Part shown: positions 56,054-60,898 of the stretch, one piece after another
How the letters are laid out: each line of letters begins with the position of its first letter
How positions within the stretch are numbered: the first letter of the stretch is position 1
Virus record (IMG/VR): IMGVR_UViG_3300027821_000008
Coordinates: 1 to 60,898 of that record
DNA from: a virus
Taxonomy: Duplodnaviria; Caudoviricetes
Direction: 5' to 3' (one strand)
DNA length: 60,898 nt
Program-made: the position numbers and the translations under genes
Notes under the pieces: generated by a model
Seen by the model: the letters and a program-made list of their open reading frames with translations, nothing else
What the model was told of the DNA's origin: nothing
Databases searched by the model: none

Positions 56054-59000
56054 ATGTCGTTCGTTAATCTTGCTGTATTCTCTAACTTATCTGCCCCTAT
56101 CGGCGGGGTGGATATTTTGCGCGCTATCGCATTCGCAAAGAATGACGGACAGGAGTCGATTGCGATCATAGAAAATATGTCAATGTTCGGCCTGCTACAG
56201 TTCCACAAATTGGCACTGCGCGAAGGTGTCAAGCCAATTACCGGAGCAAGATTGACATTTGGCGATCACCGAGCAATCTTCATTGCCAAGAATCATAGCG
56301 GATTCCAATACATATCTCAGGCAATATCAGCCGGCAGGCTGTCAGAGTCAGGCCATTGCTATTTGGCAGACATGAGTCAGTCAAATGACGTTGTCGTTAT
56401 TGCAGAGGCCGCTGACGCAGACTTCATCGCTGCTCTCGCAGGAAAATTCCATCACACATACCTGTCATCTGAATTCGTAACATCTTCTGGTCACGCATCG
56501 CTGGCGCCAGTTGCTGCTGTTCGTTCGGCATACTTTGTGCAGGCAGGGGAGCACGAAATGTCCGTGGCGCTTGCAAGCATACGCACGGCACAAGACATCC
56601 TAAAGCCAAACGATTCTATCTCTGTATCTGCGGCAATGACGAGTTCATCTTTCGCGCATAGCTCGCTTAAGCACATCGACGGAGCAATTGAAAACGCCAG
56701 GCAAATCGAACTGATGAGCAATTTCGTCCTGGAGCAAAGAAAGCCAGAGCTTCCGGAGTTTGGAGGACTTGACGAGAAATCCCAATTTGCACTTCTGGCA
56801 AACAATGTAAAAGAAGGATTGCAGTCTATCGGCAAGATAGATGACGAAGAATACAAGTCGAGGGCAAGATTTGAACTCAAAGTAATTCGCGAGATGGGGT
56901 TTGTTGGCTATCACTTAATCGTCGCAGATTATATCAAGTTTGCAAGAGACTGCGGAATTGGCGTTGGGCCTGCGCGTGGATCGTCTGCTGGTTCGCTCGT
57001 TTGTTACTTGATCGGTATCACACAAGTTGACCCAATAAAACACAGCCTCCTGTTCGAGCGCTATCTCAATCCTGATCGCGTCAGCTATCCTGATATCGAC
57101 ACCGACTTCGCATCTGCTGGCCGTGATCGCGTAATCGACTATCTTCTGGAAGAATATGGCGATGGTCACGTTTCCAAAATATCAACGATCGGCACATTCG
57201 GCGCAAAGTCTGCAATCAGGGCCGCATGCAGGTATCTTGGCATTGATTTTGCTCAGTCTGGCAAGATTGCTGACCTGGTGCCAAATTCACCGAACAAGAC
57301 AGTGTTGCTTGGTCGCAAAGACACAACCGAGAAATTTTGGAATGAAGTTTCTGTTGTCCCAGCACTGAGGCCAGTTGCCGAAATCGCATCTTTCATCGAA
57401 GGGCAGTGCGCCTCCATCGGTACACACGCCGCAGGCATAATTATCTCTGGCTCTCACATCAGCTCAATCGCCCCGCTAATCCCTGTCGAAGGCAGTATAG
57501 TCCCAGCAGTCGGACTGGATAAAGACGATGCGGAGAAGCTTGGTCTGGTTAAGATGGACTTGCTTGGCCTGTCAACACTTGACCTTCTTGCTCAGGCAGA
57601 AAGCGATATCAAGGCAAAGGTTGACGAAGAATTCTCTCTGAGAGAGATTGACATCAATGATGATCTTGCGCTGAGCATGTTGCGCCGCGGAATTACGAAG
57701 AGTATATTTCAGTTTGAAAGCCAAGGGATCACCAACCTGATCGCACGCGTAGAGCCAAAGCAATTTGAGGACATCGTTGCTGTGACATCCCTGTACCGCC
57801 CAGGGCCAATGGAACTATCCGAAGACTTCGTGGCAAATACGGGCGTCGCCCCACATCCACTATTACAAAATATTACAAGTGAGACGAGGGGGATTATCAT
57901 CTATCAGGAGCAGGTCATGAAGGCCGCACAGATTGTTGGCGGATTCACACTGGCAGAAGCAGACTTGATGCGTCGCGCTATGGGCAAGAAGGATGTCGAG
58001 CAGATGGGGGCCATGCGGTCTAAATTTGTTAGCGGGGCAAAGAAAAATAACGTATCGGAAGAAGATGCAAATCACGTATTCGATTTGTTGGATCGATTCA
58101 GTGGATACGGCTTTAACAAAAGTCACGCTGTTGCGTATTCGATTATCACAATGCAAACCGCCTACGTCAAGGCGCATTACCCTGAAATATTCTACGCGGC
58201 TGCAATGCAGACCAATATCGGCGACGGAGAGAAGATCGCTGCGCTTGCAAAAGAGGCCAGGGACAGCTTCGGCATCGAGGTGCTTTCGCCATGCATCAAC
58301 TCATCTGACTATCTATTCACGGCATCAAAGGGAAAAATTAGATATGGATTGAGTGGTGTATTCGGTATCGGCTCAGAGGTCATTGAGAATATATGCTTTG
58401 ATCGTGAGATTCGCGGCGAGTACAGAGACCTCAAGGAATTCATTGATAGGCTTCCAAAGATCGCCGTTCTGAAGAAGGTTGCTACCGGCCTGGCTATGAG
58501 CGGAGCATTGGATGCGTTCGGTGTGTCGCGGTCTGCAATTATCGCAACGCTGGATGAAATCGGCAAGCCAAAAAAGAAAAAGGCGAAGAAGGATTTGTTT
58601 GGGGCTGACGAAGAGGAATCATTCTCATATGTCGAGGCGGAGCAGCTGACACCAAAAGAGATATACGCTGGAGAGGTGAAGTACACTGGGATCGCATTCA
58701 GCGCGTCACCGCTTGGTATGCTCACGCGCAAGTTCAGGAAATTCGCTCCACTGACCATAGATAAGGTTGTCCCATCGGATAGGGCCATCCAGTCGGTATG
58801 CGGCGAGATCAAATCGGTGCGCAAGATCAAGACGAAGAATGGTGATGATATGTGCTTTCTGACCATTGAAGACGAAAGTGGCAGCCTGGATGCTGTTGTT
58901 TTTCCTCGCACATACGCAACAATGCCGCAAGTGAAGAAGGGCGACTTCGTGCTTGCTAAGGGCAAGGTAGATCGCGGACAAAACAAGGATGGCGCGAAAC

Positions 59001-59062
59001 AATTGATCATAGATAAATTACTTGATCAAAAGGGTGCGTTGCAGCTGATTGGAGGAGCGTGA
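56054..59062 (+). CDS. dnaE: DNA polymerase III alpha subunit (family C)
   Basis: RGSSAGSLV, FERYLNPDR..YPDIDTDF, KMDLLGL, LYRPGP, YQEQVM, FNKSHA and an OB fold. Confidence 0.95.
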   Translation: MSFVNLAVFSNLSAPIGGVDILRAIAFAKNDGQESIAIIENMSMFGLLQFHKLALREGVKPITGARLTFGDHRAIFIAKNHSGFQYISQAISAGRLSESGHCYLADMSQSNDVVVIAEAADADFIAALAGKFHHTYLSSEFVTSSGHASLAPVAAVRSAYFVQAGEHEMSVALASIRTAQDILKPNDSISVSAAMTSSSFAHSSLKHIDGAIENARQIELMSNFVLEQRKPELPEFGGLDEKSQFALLANNVKEGLQSIGKIDDEEYKSRARFELKVIREMGFVGYHLIVADYIKFARDCGIGVGPARGSSAGSLVCYLIGITQVDPIKHSLLFERYLNPDRVSYPDIDTDFASAGRDRVIDYLLEEYGDGHVSKISTIGTFGAKSAIRAACRYLGIDFAQSGKIADLVPNSPNKTVLLGRKDTTEKFWNEVSVVPALRPVAEIASFIEGQCASIGTHAAGIIISGSHISSIAPLIPVEGSIVPAVGLDKDDAEKLGLVKMDLLGLSTLDLLAQAESDIKAKVDEEFSLREIDINDDLALSMLRRGITKSIFQFESQGITNLIARVEPKQFEDIVAVTSLYRPGPMELSEDFVANTGVAPHPLLQNITSETRGIIIYQEQVMKAAQIVGGFTLAEADLMRRAMGKKDVEQMGAMRSKFVSGAKKNNVSEEDANHVFDLLDRFSGYGFNKSHAVAYSIITMQTAYVKAHYPEIFYAAAMQTNIGDGEKIAALAKEARDSFGIEVLSPCINSSDYLFTASKGKIRYGLSGVFGIGSEVIENICFDREIRGEYRDLKEFIDRLPKIAVLKKVATGLAMSGALDAFGVSRSAIIATLDEIGKPKKKKAKKDLFGADEEESFSYVEAEQLTPKEIYAGEVKYTGIAFSASPLGMLTRKFRKFAPLTIDKVVPSDRAIQSVCGEIKSVRKIKTKNGDDMCFLTIEDESGSLDAVVFPRTYATMPQVKKGDFVLAKGKVDRGQNKDGAKQLIIDKLLDQKGALQLIGGA

Positions 59063-59571
59063 TGGCTAAGCCTAACAATGACAAATATCTAGACTTTATT
59101 TCAAGATATAAAGTGAGTGAAGATGGGACGTGTGTGAGTCCTAGTGGGAAAATTCTATCTTATGGCGATAGAGGGCACGGGTATATCAGTGTCGGACATT
59201 ATAGCCCCAACGACAAAAAGGCCACGCAAGTCTTGCTTCATAGGGTGCTTGCCACTAAATTCCTGTCAAACCCACTCAGCCTTCCATTTGTAAATCATAT
59301 TGATGGAAACAAACTAAATAATTCGCTAGATAATTTGGAGTGGTGTACAAGCTCGCAAAACCAAAAACATGCGTATAGCTCCGGTCTAAAGACCCCGGCA
59401 AAGAATTGTGGAGGATACGGGAAAAAATGCATCAGGGAAACTGTATCTGGGTTTGTATATGAGTCTATCGCGTCAGCGTCCAGAAGTCTTGGCATCGATG
59501 TATCCTCTATCTCAAAATACATGAGATGCAAAGGATACCGCTTCGAATTTGTCAACGAGTCTGACAAATAA
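59059..59571 (+). CDS. HNH homing endonuclease with NUMOD1
   Basis: HRVLA..F...VNHIDGNKLNN..NLEW. Confidence 0.9.
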   Translation: MMAKPNNDKYLDFISRYKVSEDGTCVSPSGKILSYGDRGHGYISVGHYSPNDKKATQVLLHRVLATKFLSNPLSLPFVNHIDGNKLNNSLDNLEWCTSSQNQKHAYSSGLKTPAKNCGGYGKKCIRETVSGFVYESIASASRSLGIDVSSISKYMRCKGYRFEFVNESDK

Positions 59572-59629
59572 CACTTGACACTCAACTTATCCTCTGGCAT
59601 ACTCACTAGATCGAATTAGGAGAAATATC

Positions 59630-59767
59630 ATGGCTGTGCGAGAAATCATGTCTGGCAAGGTGTATGCCTCTATGGCCGAAGCAAGGATTGCGATTGGCAT
59701 CAAATCAACTGGCCCAATCACCGGCCTTCATTTTCGCGGATACTTTTTTGAGCGAGTTGCATCATGA
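59630..59767 (+). CDS. stand-alone NUMOD1-like protein (45 aa)
   Basis: Promoter TTGACA-17 nt-CATACT (59575-59603), AGGAG RBS, MAVREIMSGKVYASMAEARIAIGI...RGYFFERV. Confidence 0.6.
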   Translation: MAVREIMSGKVYASMAEARIAIGIKSTGPITGLHFRGYFFERVAS

Positions 59768-59946
59768 CATCCAAAGAACTCACTTCCCCGCTCTCGTCAA
59801 GAGAGAAGCTTGATTTTCTTGTTGTTTGGGCACATGATGCACACGGCGCAAGAGTTGAGTTTTCCTCAATTCATCCAGACAAGCGAATAGCCAACGCAAT
59901 CCCACACAAACCCGGGACATGGCTGGTTCTATTCTATTCCAATTAA
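59764..59946 (+). CDS. hypothetical protein
   Basis: ATGA overlap with the previous gene. Confidence 0.45.
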   Translation: MTSKELTSPLSSREKLDFLVVWAHDAHGARVEFSSIHPDKRIANAIPHKPGTWLVLFYSN

Positions 59947-59974
59947 TAACTATTGTCATTTAAGAAAGATTGTC

Positions 59975-60307
59975 ATGGACACCCTAACTCTCGATCAAAC
60001 CCTTGAGCTGGCAATGCAGGAGTTTTCCATTCTTTGCGAAGAGGTTCATGAGGTTTCTGAATCCGACACTGTTCAGGAGATTCTTGACAGACTTGGCGAG
60101 GTCGGCGACGATATGGCTCAAGAAAGCGACGCATTCGAAATTCACGAACTGCTGGTTCGGTTCGAGGACGGTCTTTTTGAACTCCAAGATGCCCTGAGAG
60201 ATGAGAATAATTATCATCTTGACGTAGATGCAACGATTGACATTATGGGAATCTTCGCCGAGTGCCAGGCTCTGTTTTTTATGCCAGCACATCCAGCAGT
60301 CCATTAA
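59975..60307 (+). CDS. highly acidic helical protein
   Basis: Many Asp/Glu, three Arg and no Lys. Confidence 0.65.
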   Translation: MDTLTLDQTLELAMQEFSILCEEVHEVSESDTVQEILDRLGEVGDDMAQESDAFEIHELLVRFEDGLFELQDALRDENNYHLDVDATIDIMGIFAECQALFFMPAHPAVH

Positions 60308-60342
60308 TTGATAACTATTCTCATTTAAATTAGGAGAAGATC

Positions 60343-60567
60343 ATGATGGCGGAAATCAAGCAATTTGACAAGAAAAACGCAATTCTTGCTACAACTTTGA
60401 TAAACATTGAAGATGAGAATGATTTGCATCTTAAGGTAATTGTCATGCAGATGGAGATGAGAACAAAAACCATTCGCACGCAAATAGACCGACCTGGCCT
60501 TGGCATCAAAACCAAGATTTACTCAGCAAACAATGGTCGCGTAATCGTCGATAAGCCACTCGGCTAA
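60343..60567 (+). CDS. hypothetical protein
   Basis: AGGAG RBS. Confidence 0.55.
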   Translation: MMAEIKQFDKKNAILATTLINIEDENDLHLKVIVMQMEMRTKTIRTQIDRPGLGIKTKIYSANNGRVIVDKPLG

Positions 60568-60853
60568 TCACCAAAAAGTCACTGTCCGCGGCCAATGAAT
60601 TTTATTATAATAAAGGCCACATTCAACATAACAAATCAATATAACATTTGATAAATAATTATCAGATTATCAATTGAGCATTGTATAAAAATTAATCAAT
60701 TGATGGTTACATGTTACCACTCATGTTTGCTATTTGTAACAAATTGTAACAATTGTAAATATTTGTTGCAAAAAATACCAAACAATATCAATGACTTAGC
60801 TCACACAACCCCTATAACCCGCACAGTTATAACGTTATTACAAATTATCATCA

Positions 60854-60898
60854 CCCCCCAAACCCATAAAATTTTGGGTGTAGTGGTGGGCGGAGGTT
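60854..60898. repeat. 45 bp inverted repeat, copy 2 (extends into bases 1-3 if circular)
   Basis: Exact reverse complement of 5535..5579. Confidence 0.95.

Noticed and set aside
1-60898. Prophage or bacterial chromosome fragment, given recJ, clpA, clpP, dnaE and dnaQ
   Set aside because: These genes are diverged, interleaved with phage genes and homing endonucleases, and lack host synteny; no integrase, repressor or att seen

Overview
This window looks like an essentially complete ~61 kb tailed-phage genome with a contractile tail (myovirus), probably circularly permuted. I see no integrase or repressor. Host-like genes (Orn/Lys/Arg decarboxylase, FmdB, RecJ, DnaQ) resemble betaproteobacterial homologues from memory, which is an inference. 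The + strand arm (54.7 kb through the junction to 16.8 kb) carries DnaE, small early genes, DnaB, a Q-like protein, Sak4-like ATPase, SSB-like protein, Toprim primase, RecJ, ClpA and DnaQ. The - strand arm (53.8 kb to 16.8 kb) carries ClpP, terminase, portal, head, tail, baseplate, two tail fibres, lysis genes and tRNA-Trp. About eight free-standing homing-endonuclease-like genes are scattered throughout. The most notable observations are: (1) a translationally coupled terS-HD-decarboxylase-terL-ibrA-ibrB operon that may attach a diamine to DNA in step with packaging; (2) a cassette of tRNA, pseudoknot and two sub-60-aa orphan antitoxin-like domains that the ORF track missed; (3) a phage-encoded ClpA+ClpP pair; (4) about 19 GGGTTTG heptamers in a 5.6 kb early region bounded by a perfect 45-48 bp inverted repeat; and (5) twin consensus promoters with identical 36-nt leaders and covarying GA/GNA hairpins. 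All family assignments come from motif recognition by eye; no database searches were run.
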